NCBI RefSeq assembly: GCF_009834535.1
Contig: NC_045698.1
Coordinates: forward strand, 1-64,000
Origin: Camelus ferus
Taxonomy: Eukaryota
Direction of reading: 5' to 3'
DNA: 64,000 nt
Position numbers and translations under genes: made by a program. Under the pieces are notes generated by a model that saw only the letters and a program-made list of their open reading frames with translations, had not been told where the DNA came from and ran no database searches. Below are positions 1 through 13,010 of this stretch, one piece after another; position 1 is the stretch's first letter; the number at the start of each line of letters is the position of its first letter.

Positions 1-3000
1 GGGAGACACTCGGGGAAGACACGCTGATGGCTCCTAGGAGATCCCAGGCGCTTCAGACAGAGGACGGAACCTCGCCACACTCGGAAATCCGAAACGTGGC
101 CGAGTGTGGGGGAGGTTTGGGGCCGTCCTTCACAAAGGTGCCTGGTGTCACAGGTGTTCACTGGCAGGGGGAATTCTGCTAATGTCCTCATCTGTCCCGG
201 GCTAGGCACTAGATGCTACCAGCATTTCCAGCCCAACCACCGACTTTCCCCAGCAGAACGCACAAGGAGACATTCGGGGAAGACACGCGTAGGGCTCCTA
301 GGAGATCCCAGGTGCTGCAGACAGAGGACGGAACCCCGCCACACTCGGAAATCCGAAACGCGACAAAGTGTGTTTCGGAGATTTGGGGCCGCCATCCACG
401 CAGCTGCCTTGTGTCACAGGTGTTCCCTGGCAGGGGGAAGTCCGCTAATTACCTCATCTGTCCAGGGGGAGGCACTAGATGCTACCTGCATTTCCAGCCC
501 AACCCCCGGCTTTCCCCGGCAGCCCGCAATATGAGACACTCCGGGAAGACACGCGGAGGGCTCCTAGGAGATCCCAGGCGCTGCAGACAGAGGACGGTAA
601 CCTCGCAACACTCAGAATTCGGAATGCAGCCGAGTGGTGGGGGGATGTTTGGGGCCGACCTCCACGCAGCTGCCGGGTGTCACAGGTGTTCCCTGGCATG
701 GGGAATTCCTCTAAATACCTCATCAGTCCAGGGGGGGTGGCACTAGATGCTACATGAATTTTCCAGCAAAACCCCCGCATTTCACCGGAAGCCCGCACTA
801 GGAAACATTCGGGGAAGACACGCGGAGGGCTCCTAGGAGATCACAGGCGCTGCAGACAGAGGACGTAACCTCGCCACACTCAGAATCCCGGAACGAGGCC
901 GAGTGGGTGGGGGAGGCTTGGGGCCGCCCTCCACGCAGCTGCCTTGTGTTACAGGTGTTCCCTGGCAGGGGGAAGTCCGTTAATTACCTCATCTGTCCAG
1001 GGGGAGGCATTAGATGCTACCAGCATTTCCAGCCCAGCCATCGACATTCCCCTGCAGCTCGCACTATGAGACACTCGGGGAAGTCACGCGGATGTCTCCT
1101 ATGAGATCCCAGGCACTGCAGACAGAGGAAGGAACCTCGCCACACTCTCAATTCCGAAACGTGGCCGAGTGTGTGGGGGAGGTTTGGGGCCGCACCCATG
1201 CAGCTGCCTGGTGTCACAGGTGTTCCCTGGCAGGGGGAATTCCACTAATGACCTCATCAGTCCAGGGGGATGGCACTAGATGCTACCTGAATTTCCAGCC
1301 CAACCCCCGGCTTCCCCGTCAGCCCGCACTATGAGACACTCGGGGAAGACACCGGAGGGCTCCTAGGGATCCCAGGCGCTGCAGACAGAGACGGAACCTC
1401 GCATGACTCAGAATTCCGGAAAGCGGCCGAGTGGTGGGGGAATGTTTGAGGCCGCCCTCCAAGCAGCTTCCGGGTGTCACAGGTGTTCATTGCATGGGGA
1501 ATACCTCTAATTACCTCATCAGTCCAGGGGGAGGCACTAGAATGCTACCTGCATTTCCAGCAAAACCATCGCCTTTCCCCGGCAGCCCGCACTAGCAGAC
1601 ACTCGGGGAAGGACACGCGGAGGGCTCCTAGGAGATCCCAGGCTCTGCAGAGGACGTAACCTCGCCACACTCAGAATCCCGGAACGAGGCCGAGTGGGTG
1701 GGGGAGGCTTGGGGCCGCCCTCCACGCAAGTGCCTGGTGTCACAGATGTTCCCTGGCAGGGGGAAGTCCGCTAATGTCCTCATCTGTCCAGGGGGAGGCA
1801 CTAGATGCTACCTGCAATTCCATCGCCAACCCATGCATTTCCCCGGCAGCCCGCACTAGCAGACACTCGGGGAAGACACGCGGAGGGCTCCTAGGAGATC
1901 ACAGGCGCTGCAGACAGAGAACGTAACCTCGCCACACTCAGAATCCCGGAACGAGGCCGAGTGTGTGGGGGAGGCTTGGGGCCGCCCTCCACGCAGCTGC
2001 CTCTTGTCACATGTGTTCCCTGGCAGGGGGAAGTCCGCTAATGACCTCATCTGTCCAGGGGGAGGCACTAGATGATACCTGCATTTCCAGCCCAACCCCG
2101 GCATTTCTCCGGCAGCCCGCAATAGGAGACACTCTGGGAAGAAACGCGGAGGACTCCTAGGAGATCCCAGGCGCTTCAGACAGAGGACGGAACCTCGCCA
2201 CTCTCAGAAATCCGAAACGTGGCCGAGTGTGTGGGGGAGGTTTGGGGCCGTCCTTCACACAGCTGCCTGGTGTCACAGGTGTTCACTGGCAGGGGGAATT
2301 CTGCTAATGACCTCATCAGTCCCGGGCTAGGCACTAGATGCTACCAGCATTTCCAGCCCAACCACCGAATTTCCCCAGCAGAACGCACAAGGAGACACTC
2401 GGGGAAGACACGCGTAGGGCTCCTAGGAGATCCCAGGCGCTGCAGACAGAGGACGGAACCCCGCCACACTTGGAAATCCGAAACGCGACAAAGTGTGTTT
2501 CGGAGATTTGGGGCCGCCATCCACGCAGCTGCCTTGTGTCACAGGTGTTCCCTGGCAGGGGGAAGTCCGCTAATTACCTCATCTGTCCAGGGGGAGGCAC
2601 TAGATGCTACCTGCATTTCCAGCCCAACCCCCGGCTTTCCCCGGCAGCCCGCAATATGAGACACTCCGGGAAGACACGCGGAGGGCTCCTAGGAGATCCC
2701 AGGCGCTGCAGACAGAGGACGGAACCTCGCAACACTCAGAATTCCGGAATGCAGCCGAGTGGTGGGGGATGTTTGGGGCCGACCTCCACGCAGCTGCCGG
2801 GTGTCACAGGTGTTCCCTGGCATGGGGAATTCCTCTAAATACCTCATCAGTCCAGGGGGTGGCACTAGATGCTACATGAATTTCCAGCAAAACCCCGGCA
2901 TTTCACCGGAAGCCCGCACTAGGAGACATTCGGGGAAGACACGCGGAGGGCTCCTAGGAGATCACAGGCGCTGCAGACAGAGGACGTAACCTCGCCACAC

Positions 3001-6000
3001 TCAGAATCCCGGAACGAGGCCGAGTGGGTGGGGGAGGCTTGGGGCCGCCGTTCACGCAGCTGCCTTGTGTTACAGGTGTTCCCTGGCAGGGGGAAGTCCG
3101 CTAATTACCTCATCTGTCCAGTGGGAGGCACTAGATGCTACCTGCATTTCCAGCCAAACCCCTGCCTTTCCCCGGCTGCACGCAATAAGAGACACTCGGG
3201 GAAGACACGCTGATGGCTCCTAGGAGATCACAGGCGCTGCAGACTGAGGACGTAACCTCGCCACACTCAGAATAACGGAACGAGGCCGAGTGTGTGGGGG
3301 AGGCTTGGGGCCGCCCTCCACGCAGCTGCCTCTTGTCACATGTGTTCCCTGGCAGGGGGAAGTCCGCTAATGACCTCATCTGTCCAGGGGGAGTCACTAG
3401 ATGCTACCTGCATTTCCAGCCCATCCCCGGCATTTCCCCGGCAGCTCGCAATAGGAGACAATCTGGGAAGACACGCAGAGGACTCCAAGGAGATCCCAGG
3501 CGCTGCAGACCGAGGCGGAACCTCGCCACACTCAGAATTCCGAAACGCGGCCGAGAGTGTGGGGGAGGTTTGGGGCCGCCCTCCACGCAGCTGCCTTGTG
3601 TTTCAGGTGATCCCTGGCAGGGGGAAGTCCGCTAATTACCTCATCTGTCCAGGGGGAGGCACTAGATGCTACCTGCATTTCCAGCCCAACCCCTGCCTTT
3701 CCCCGGCAGCCCGCACTAGGAGACACTCGGGGAAGACACGCTGATGGCTCCTAGGAGATCCCAGGCGCTGCAGACCGAGGACGGAACCTCGCCACACTCA
3801 GAATTCCGGAACGCGGACGAGTGTGTGGGGGAGGTTTGGGGCCGTCCTCCACGAAGCTGCCTGGTGTCACAGGTGTTCCCTGGCAGGGGGAATTCTGCTA
3901 ATGACCTCATCTGTCCCGGGCTAGGCACTAGATGCTACCAGAATTTCCAGCCCAACCACCGACTTCCCCGGCAGCCCGGACAAGGAGACACTCGGGAAGA
4001 CACGCGGAGGGCTCCAAGGCGATCCCAGGTGCTGCAGACAGAGGATGGAACCTCGATACACTCAGAATTCCGGAACTCGGCCGAGTGGTTCGGGGAGGTT
4101 TAGGGCCATCCTCCATGCAGCTGCCTGGTATCACAGGTGTTCCCTGCAGGGGGAAGTCCGCTAATTACCTCAACTCTCCAGGGAGAGGCACTAGATGCTA
4201 CCTGCATTTCCAGCCCAAAACCCAGCATTTCCCAGGCAGCCCGCAATAGGAGACAATCGGGGAAGACACGCGGAGGGCTCCTAGGTGATCCCAAGCGCTG
4301 CAGACAGAGGATGGAACCTCGCCACACTCAGAATTCCGAAACGCGCCCGAGTGTGTGGGGGAGTTTTGGGGTCGCCCTCCACAAAGCTGTCTGGTTACAC
4401 AGATGTTCCCTGGCAGGAGGAAGTCCGCTAATTACGTCATCAGTCCAGGGGAATCACTAGATGCTACCTGCATTTCCAGCCCAACCCCCGCCTTTCACCG
4501 GCAACACGCACTAAAAGACACTCGGTGAAGACAAGCAGAGGGCTCCTAGGAGATCCCAGGCGCTGCAGACAGAGGACGGAACCTCGCCAAACTCAGAATT
4601 CCGGAACGCTGCCGAATGTGTGGGGGAGGTTTCGGGCCGCCCTCCACGCAGCTGCCTGGTGTCACAGGTGTTCCCTGGCAGGGGGAATTCCGCTAATTAC
4701 CTCATCTGTCCAGGGGGAGGCACTAGATGCTACCTGCATTTCCAGCAAAACCCACGCCTTTCCCCGGCAGCCCGCACTAGCAGACACTCGGGGAAGACAC
4801 GCGGAGGGCTCCTAGGAGATCCCAGGCACTGCAGACAGAGGAAGGAACCTCGCCACACTCTCAATTCCGAAACGTGGCCGAGTGTGTGGGGGAGGTTTGG
4901 GGCCGCACCCATGCAGCTGCCTGGTGTCACAGGTGTTCCCTGGCAGGGGGAATTCCACTAATGACCTCATCAGTCCAGGGGGATGCACTAGATGCTACCT
5001 GAATTTCCAGCCCAACCCCCGGCTTTCCCCGTCAGCCCGCACTATGAGACACTCGGGGAAGACACGCGGAGGGCTCCTAGGAGATCCCAGGCGCTGCAGA
5101 CAGAGGACGGAACCTCGCATGACTCAGAATTCCGGAAAGCGGTCGAGTGGTGGGGGATGTTTGGGGCCGCCCTCCAAGCAGCTGCCGGGTGTCACAGGTG
5201 TTCCATTGCATGGGGAATACCTCTAATTACCTCATCAGTCCAGGGGGAGGCACTAGATGCTACCTGCATTTCCAGCAAAACCCACGCCTTTCCCCGGCAG
5301 CCCGCACTAGCAGACACTCGGGGAAGACACGCGGAGGGCTCCTAGGAGATCACAGGCGCTGCAGACAGAGAACGTAACCTCGCCACACTCAGAATCCCGG
5401 AACGAGGCCGAGTGTGTGGGGGAGTCTTGGGGCCGCCCACCACGCAGCTGCATCTTGTCACATGTGTTCCCAGGCAGGGGGAAGTCCGCTAATGGCCTCA
5501 TCTGTCCAGGGGGAGGCACTAGATGCTACCTGCATTTCCAGCCCAACCCCGGCATTTCCCGGGCAGCCCGCAATAGGAGACACTCTGGGAAGAAACGCGG
5601 AGGACTCCTAGGAGATCCCAGGCGCTTCAGACAGAGGACGGAACCTCGCCACTCTCAGAAATCCGAAACGTGGCCGAGTGTGTGGGGGAGGTTTGGGGCC
5701 GTCCTTCACACAGCTGCCTGGTGTCACAGGTGTTCACTGGCAGGGGGAATTCTGCTAATGACCTCATCTGTCCCGGGCTAGGCACTAGATGCTACCAGCA
5801 TTTCCAGCCCAACCACCGACTTTCCCCAGCAGAACGCACAAGGAGACACTCGGGGAAGACACGCGTTGGGCTCCTAGGAGATCCCAGGCGCTGCAGACAG
5901 AGGACGGAACCCCGCCACACTTGGAAATCCGAAACGCGACAAAGTGTGTTTCGGAGATTTGGGGCCGCCATCCACGCAGCTGCCTTGTGTCACAGGTGTT

Positions 6001-6800
6001 CCCTGGCAGGGGGGAAGTCCGCTAATTACCTCATCTGTCCAGGGGGAGGCACTAGATGTTACCTGCATTTCCAGCCCAACCCCGGCTTTCCCCGGAAGCC
6101 CGCAATATGAGACACTCCGGGAAGACACGCGGAGGGCTCCTAGGAGATCCCAGGCGCTGCAGACAGAGGACGGAACCTCGCAACACTCAGAATTCCGGAA
6201 TGCAGCCGAGTGGTGGGGGATGTTTGGGGCCGACCTCCACGCAGCTGCCGGGTGTCACAGGTGTTCCCTGGCATGGGGAATTCCTCTAAATACCTCTTCA
6301 GTCCAGGGGGTGGCACTAGATGCTACATGAATTTCCAGCAAACCCCCGCATTTCACCGGAAGCCCGCACTAGGAGACATTCGGGGAAGACACGCGGAGGG
6401 CTCCTAGGAGATCGCAGGCGCTGCAGACAGAGGACGTAACCTCGCCACACTCAGAATCCCGGAACGAGGCCGAGTGGGTGGGGGAGGCTTGGGGCCGCCG
6501 TTCACGCAGCTGCCTTGTGTTACAGGTGTTCCCTGGCAGGGGGAAGTCCGCTAATTACCTCATCTGTCCAGGGGGAGGCACTAGATGCTACCTGCATTTC
6601 CAGCCAAACCCCTGCTTTTCCCCGGCTGCCCGCACTAGGAGACACTCGGGGAAGACACGCTGATGGCTCCTAGGAGATCACAGGCGCTGCAGACTGAGGA
6701 CGTAACCTCGACACACTCAGAATCCCGGAACGAGGCCGAGTGGGTGGGGGAGGCTTGGGGCCGCCCTCCACGCAGCTGCCTGGTGTCACAGGTGTTCCCT
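1..6800 (+). repeat. Left sub-family domain with irregular HOR copies (offsets ~2125, ~3451, ~3713 bp = 8, 13, 14 monomers)
   Basis: Diagnostic variants GACGTAACC, AATCCCGGAACGAGG, CGACAAAGTGTGTTTCGG and CTGGCATGGGG. Matching ORF translations at 213/2338/5789, 1963/5414, 3028/6478 and 1017/4730. Confidence 0.85.
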
Positions 6801-6904
6801 GGCAGGGGGAAGTCCGCTAATTACCACATCTGTCCAGGGGGAGGCACTAGTTGCTACCTGCATTTCCAGAACAACCCCCACATTTCCCCGGCAGCCCGCA
6901 ATAT

Positions 6905-9900
6905 GTGACCCTCGGGGAAGACACGCGGAGGGCTCCTAGTGATCCCAAGCGCTGCAGACAGAGGACGGATCCTCGCCAACCTCAGAATTCAGGAATGCGG
7001 CCGAGTGGGTAGGGGAGGTTTACGGTCGCCCTCCACGCAGCTGCCTGGTGTCACAGGTGTTCCCTGGCAGGGGGAAGTCCGCTAATGACCTCATCTGTCC
7101 AGGGGGATGCACAAGATGCTACCAGCATTTCCAGCCAGACCACCGCATTTCCCCGGCAGCCTGCAATAGGAGACACTCGGCGAAGACCCGCGGAAGGCTC
7201 CTAGGAGATCCCATGCGCTGCAGACAGCGGATGGAACCTCGCGACAATCAGAATTCTGAAACAAAGCCGACTGTGATGGGGAGGTTTGGGGCCGCTCTCC
7301 ACGCAGCTGCCTGGTGTCACAGGTGTTCCGTGGCAGGGGGAAGTCCGCTAATTACCTCTTCTGTCCAGGGGTATGCACTAGATGCTACCTGAATTTCCAG
7401 CCCAACCCCCGCCTTTCCCCGGCAGCATGAAATAGGAGAGACTCGGGGAAGACAACCGGAGGGCTCCTAGGAGATCCCAGGCGCTGCAGACAGAGGACGG
7501 AACCTCGCCACAATCAGAATTCCAGAACGCGGCCGAGTGGTTGTGGGAGGTTTGGGGCCGCCCTCCATGCAGCTGCCTGGTGTCACTGGTGTTCCCTGGC
7601 AGGGGGAATTCCGCTAATTACCTCATCTGTCCAGGGGGAGTCACTAGATGCTACCTGTATTTCCAGCCCAACCCCCGGCTTTCCCCGGCAGCCCGCACTA
7701 GGAGACCCTCGGGGAAGACACGCGGAGGGCTCCTAGTGATCCCAGGTGCTGCAGACAGAGGACGGAACCTCGCCACACTCAGAATTACGGAATGCGTCCG
7801 AGTTGGTGGGGGAGGTTTAGGGCCGCCATCCAAGCAGCTGCCTGTTGTCACAGGTGTTCCCTGGCAGTGGGAAATCCGCTAATTACCTCATCTGTCCAGG
7901 GGGAAGCACTAGATGCTACCTGCATTTCCAGCCCAACCCCCGCCTTTCACCGGCAGCCCGCACTAGGAGACACTCGGTGAAGACAAGCGGAGGGCTCCTA
8001 GGAGATCCCAGGCGCTGTAGACCGAGGACGGAACCTCGCCACACACAGAATTCCAGAACGCGGCCGAGTGGTTGTGGGAGGTTTGGGGCCGCCCTCCACG
8101 AAGCTGCCTGGTGTCACAGGTGTTCCCTGGCAGGGGGAAGTCCGCTAAATACCTCATCTGTCCAGGGGGAGGCACAAGATGCTACCGGCATTTCCAGCCC
8201 AACCCCCGGTTTCACCGGCAGCCCGCACTAGGAGACCCTCGGGGAAGACACGCGGAGGGCTCCTAGGAGATTCCAGGCGCTACAGACCGAGGAAGGAACC
8301 TCGTCACACACAGAATTCCGGAACGCGGCCGTGTGGATGTGGGAGGTTTGGGGCCTCCCTCCACAAAGCTGTCTGGTCTCACAGATGTTCCCTGGCAGGG
8401 GGAAGTCCGCTAATTACCTCATCAGTGTAGGGGAATCACTAGATGCTACCTGCATTTCCAGTCCAACCCCCGCTTTTCACCGGCAACACGCACTAAAAGA
8501 CACTCGGTGAAGAGAAGCAGAGGGCTCCTAGGAGATTCCAGGCGCTGCAGACAGAGGACGGAACCTCGCCAAACTCAGAATTCCGGAACGCTGCCGAATG
8601 TGTGGGGGAGGTTTGGGGCCGCCCTCCACGCAGCTGCCTTGTGTTTCAGGTGTTCCCTGGCAGGGGGAAGTCCGCTAATTACCTCATCTGTCCAGGGGGA
8701 GGCACTAGATGCTACCTGCATTTCCAGCCCAACCCCTGCCTTTCCCCGGCAGCCCGCACTAGGAGACACTCAGGGAAGACACGCTGATGGCTCCTAGGAG
8801 ATCCCAGGCGCTGCAGACAGAGGACGGAACCTCGCCACACTCAGAATTCCGGAACGCGAACGAGTGTGTGGGGGAGGTTTGGGGCCGTCCTCCACGAAGC
8901 TGCCTGGTGTCACAGGTGTTCCCTGGCAGGGGGAATTCTGCTAATGACCTCATCTGTCCCGGGCTAGGCACTAGATGCTACCAGAATTTCCAGCCCAACC
9001 ACCGACTTTCCCCGGCAGCCCGGACAAGGAGACACTCGGGGAAGACACGCGGAGGGCTCCAAGGCGATCCCAGGTGCTGCAGACAGAGGATGGAACCTCG
9101 ATACACTCAGAATTCCGGAACTCGGCCGAGTGGTTTGGGGAGGTTTAGGGCCATCCTCCATGCAGCTGCCTGGTATCACAGGTGTTCCCTTGCAGGGGGA
9201 AGTCCGCTAATTACCTCAACTCTCCAGGGAGAGGCACTAGATGCTACCTGCCTTTCCAGCCCAAACCCAGCATTTCCCAGGCAGCCCGCAATAGGAGACA
9301 ATCGGGGAAGACACGCGGAGGGCTCCTAGGTGATCCCAGGCGCTGCAGACAGAGGATGGAACCTCGCCACACTCAGAATTCCGAAACGCGCCCGAGTGTG
9401 TGGGGGAGTTTTGGGGTCGCCCTCCACAAAGCTGTCTGGTCTGACAGATGTTCCCTGGCAGGGGGAAGTCCGCTAATTACCTCATCAGTCCAGGGGAATC
9501 ACTAGATGCTACCTGCATTTCCAGCCCAACCCCCACCTTTCACCGGCAACACGCACTAAAAGACACTCGGTGAAGACAAGCAGAGGGCTCCTAGGAGATC
9601 CCAGGCGCTGCAGACAGAGGACGGAACCTCGCCAAACTCAGAATTCCGGAACGCTGCCGAATGTGTGGGGGAGGTTTGGGGCCGCCCTCCACGCAGCTGC
9701 CTGGTGTCACAGGTGTTCCCTGGCAGGGGGAATTCCGCTAATTACCTCATCTGTCCAGGGGGAGGCACTAGATTCTACCTGCATTTCCAGCCCAACCCCC
9801 GCCTTTCCCCAGCAGCCCGCACTAGGAGACACTCGGGGAAGACACGCGGAGGGCTTCTAGGAGATCCCAGGCGCTGCAGACAGAGGACGGAACCTCGCAA

Positions 9901-12900
9901 CATTGAGATTTCCGGAACGCGCCCGAGAGGGTTGGGGAGTTTTGGGGCCGCCCACCACGCAGCTGCCTGGTGTCACAAGTGTTCCCTGGCTGGGGGAAGT
10001 CCGCTAATTACCACATCTGTCCAGGGGGAGGCACTAGTTGCTACCTGCATTTCCAGAACAACCCCCACATTTCCCCGGCAGCCCGCAATATGTGACCCTC
10101 GGGGAAGACACGCGGAGGGCTCCTAGTGATCCCAAGCGCTGCAGACAGAGGACGGATCCTCGCCAACCTCAGAATTCAGGAATGCGGCCGAGTGGGTAGG
10201 GGAGGTTTACGGCCGCCCTCCACGCAGCTGCCTGGTGTCACAGGTGTTCCCTGGCAGGGGGAAGTCCGCTAATGACCTCATCTGTCCAGGGGGATGCACT
10301 AGATGCTACCAGCATTTCCAGCCCTACCACCGCATTTCCCCGGCAGCCTGCAATAGGAGACACTCGGCGAAGACCCGCGGAAGGCTCCTAGGAGATCCCA
10401 TGCGCTGCAGACAGCGGATGGAACCTCGCGACACTCCGAATTCTGAAACAAAGCCGACTGTGAGGGGGAGGTTTGGGGCCGCTCTCCACGCAGCTGCCTG
10501 GTGTCACAGGTGTTCCGTGGCAGGGGGAAGTCCGCTAATTACCTCTTCTGTCCAGGGGTATGCACTAGATGCTACCTGAATTTCCAGCCCAACCCCCGCC
10601 TTTCCCCGGCAGCATGAAATAGGAGAGACTCGGGGAAGACAACCGGAGGGCTCCTAGGAGATCCCAGGCGCTGCAGACAGAGGACGGAACCTCGCCACAC
10701 TCAGAATTCCAGAACGCGGCCGAGTGGTTGTGGGAGGTTTGGGGCCGCCCTCCATGCAGCTGCCTGGTGTCACTGGTGTTCCCTGGCAGGGGGAATTCCG
10801 CTAATTACCTCATCTGTTAGGGGGAGGCACTAGATGCTACCTGTATTTCCAGCCCAACCCCTCGCTTTCCCCGGCAGCCCGCACTAGGAGACCCTCGGGG
10901 AAGACACGCGGAGGGCTCCTAGTGATCCCAGGCGCTGCAGACAGAGGACGGAACCTCGCCACACTCAGAATTACGGAATGCGTCCGAGTTGGTGGGGGAG
11001 GTTTAGGGCCGCCATCCAAGCAGCTGCCTGTTGTCACAGGTGTTCCCTTTCAGTGGGAAATCCGCTGATTACCTCATCTGTCCAGGGGGAAGCACTAGAT
11101 GCTACCTGCATTTCCATCCCAACCCCCGCATTTCACCGGAAGTCCGCACTAGGAGACACTCGGTGAAGACAAGCGGAGGGCTCCTAGGAGATCCCAGGCG
11201 CTGTAGACCGAGGACGGAACCTCGCCACACACAGAATTCCAGAACGCGGCCGAGTGGTTGTGGGAGGTTTGGGGCCGCCCTCCACGAAGCTGCCTGGTGT
11301 CACAGGTGTTCCCTGGCAGGGGGAAGTCCGCTAAATTCCTCATCTGTCCAGGGGGAGGCACAAGATGCTACCGGCATTTCCAGCCCAACCCCCGGTTTCA
11401 CCGGCAGCCCGCACTAGGAGACCCTCGGGGAAGACACGCGGAGGGCTCCTAGGAGATACCAGGCGCTACAGACCGAGGAAGGAACCTCGTCACACACAGA
11501 ATTCCGGAACGCGGCCGAGTGGGTGTGGGAGGTTTGGGGCCTCCCTCCACAAAGCTGTCTGGTCTCACAGATGTTCCCTGGCAGGGGGAAGTCCGCTAAT
11601 TACCTCATCAGTGTAGGGGAATCACTAGATGCTACCTGCATTTCCAGTCCAACCCCCGCCTTTCACCGGCAACACGCACTAAAAGACACTCGGTGAAGAC
11701 AAGCAGAGGGCTCCTAGGAGATTCCAGGCGCTGCAGACAGAGGACGGAACCTCGCCAAACTCAGAATTCCGGAACGCTGCCGAATGTGTGGGGGAGGTTT
11801 GGGGCCGCCCTCCACGCAGCTGTCTTGTGTTTCAGGTGTTCCCTGGCAGGGGGAAGTCCGCTAATTACCTCATCTGTCCAGGGGGAGGCACTAGATGCTA
11901 CCTGCATTTCCAGCCCAACCCCTGCCTTTCCCCGGCAGCCCGCACTAGGAGACACTCGGGGAAGACACGCTGATGGCTCCTAGGAGATCCCAGGCGCTGC
12001 AGACCGAGGACGGAACCTCGCCACACTCAGAATTCCGGAACGCGGACGAGTGTGTGGGGGAGGTTTGGGGCCGTCCTCCACGAAGCTGCCTGGTGTCACA
12101 GGTGTTCCCTGGCAGGGGGAATTCTGCTAATGACCTCATCTGTCCCGGGCTAGGCACTAGATGCTACCAGAATTTCCAGCCCAACCACCGACTTTCCCCG
12201 GCAGCCCGGACAAGGAGACACTCGGGGAAGACACGCGGAGGGCTCCAAGGCGATCCCAGGTGCTGCAGACAGAGGATGGAACCTCGATACACTCAGAATT
12301 CCGGAACTCGGCCGAGTGGTTTGGGGAGGTTTAGGGCCATCCTCCATGCAGCTGCCTGGTATCACATGTGTTCCCTTGCAGGGGGAAGTCCGCTAATTAC
12401 CTCAACTCTCCAGGGAGAGGCACTAGATGCTACCTGCCTTTCCAGCCCAAACCCAGCATTTCCCAGGCAGCCCGCAATAGGAGACAATCGGGGAAGACAC
12501 GCGGAGGGCTCCTAGGTGATCCCAGGCGCTGCAGACAGAGGATGGAACCTCGCCACACTCAGAATTCCGAAACGCGCCCGAGTGTGTGGGGGAGTTTTGG
12601 GGTCGCCCTCCACAAAGCTGTCTGGTCTGACAGATGTTCCCTGGCAGGGGGAAGTCCGCTAATTACCTCATCAGTCCAGGGGAATCACTAGATGCTACCT
12701 GCATTTCCAGCCCAACCCCCGCCTTTCACCGGCAACACGCACTAAAAGACACTCGGTGAAGACAAGCAGAGGGCTCCTAGGAGATCCCAGGCGCTGCAGA
12801 CAGAGGACGGAACCTCGCCAAACTCAGAATTCCGGAACGCTGCCGAATGTGTGGGGGAGGTTTGGGGCCGCCCTCCAAGCAGCTGCCTGGTGTCACTGGT

Positions 12901-13010
12901 GTTCCCTGGCAGGGGGAATTCCGCTAATTACCTCATCTGTCCAGGGGGAGGCACTAGATGCTACCTGCATTTCCAGCCCAACCCCCGCCTTTCACCGGCA
13001 GCCCGCACTA
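6905..13010 (+). repeat. 12-monomer HOR (3186 bp), about two near-identical tandem copies
   Basis: Constant 3186-3187 offset between matching translations: 7048/10235, 7651/10837, 7845/11031, 8507/11693, 8787/11973, 9570/12756. Marker GCTCCAAGGCGATCCC at 9056 and 12242. Confidence 0.93.

Noticed and set aside
271..287. CENP-B box (NTTCGNNNNANNCGGGN)
   Set aside because: The best match seen is the variant TTCG-GGGA-A-GA-CACG with 7 of 9 essential bases; the consensus gives 6 of 9. I saw no canonical box on either strand by eye.
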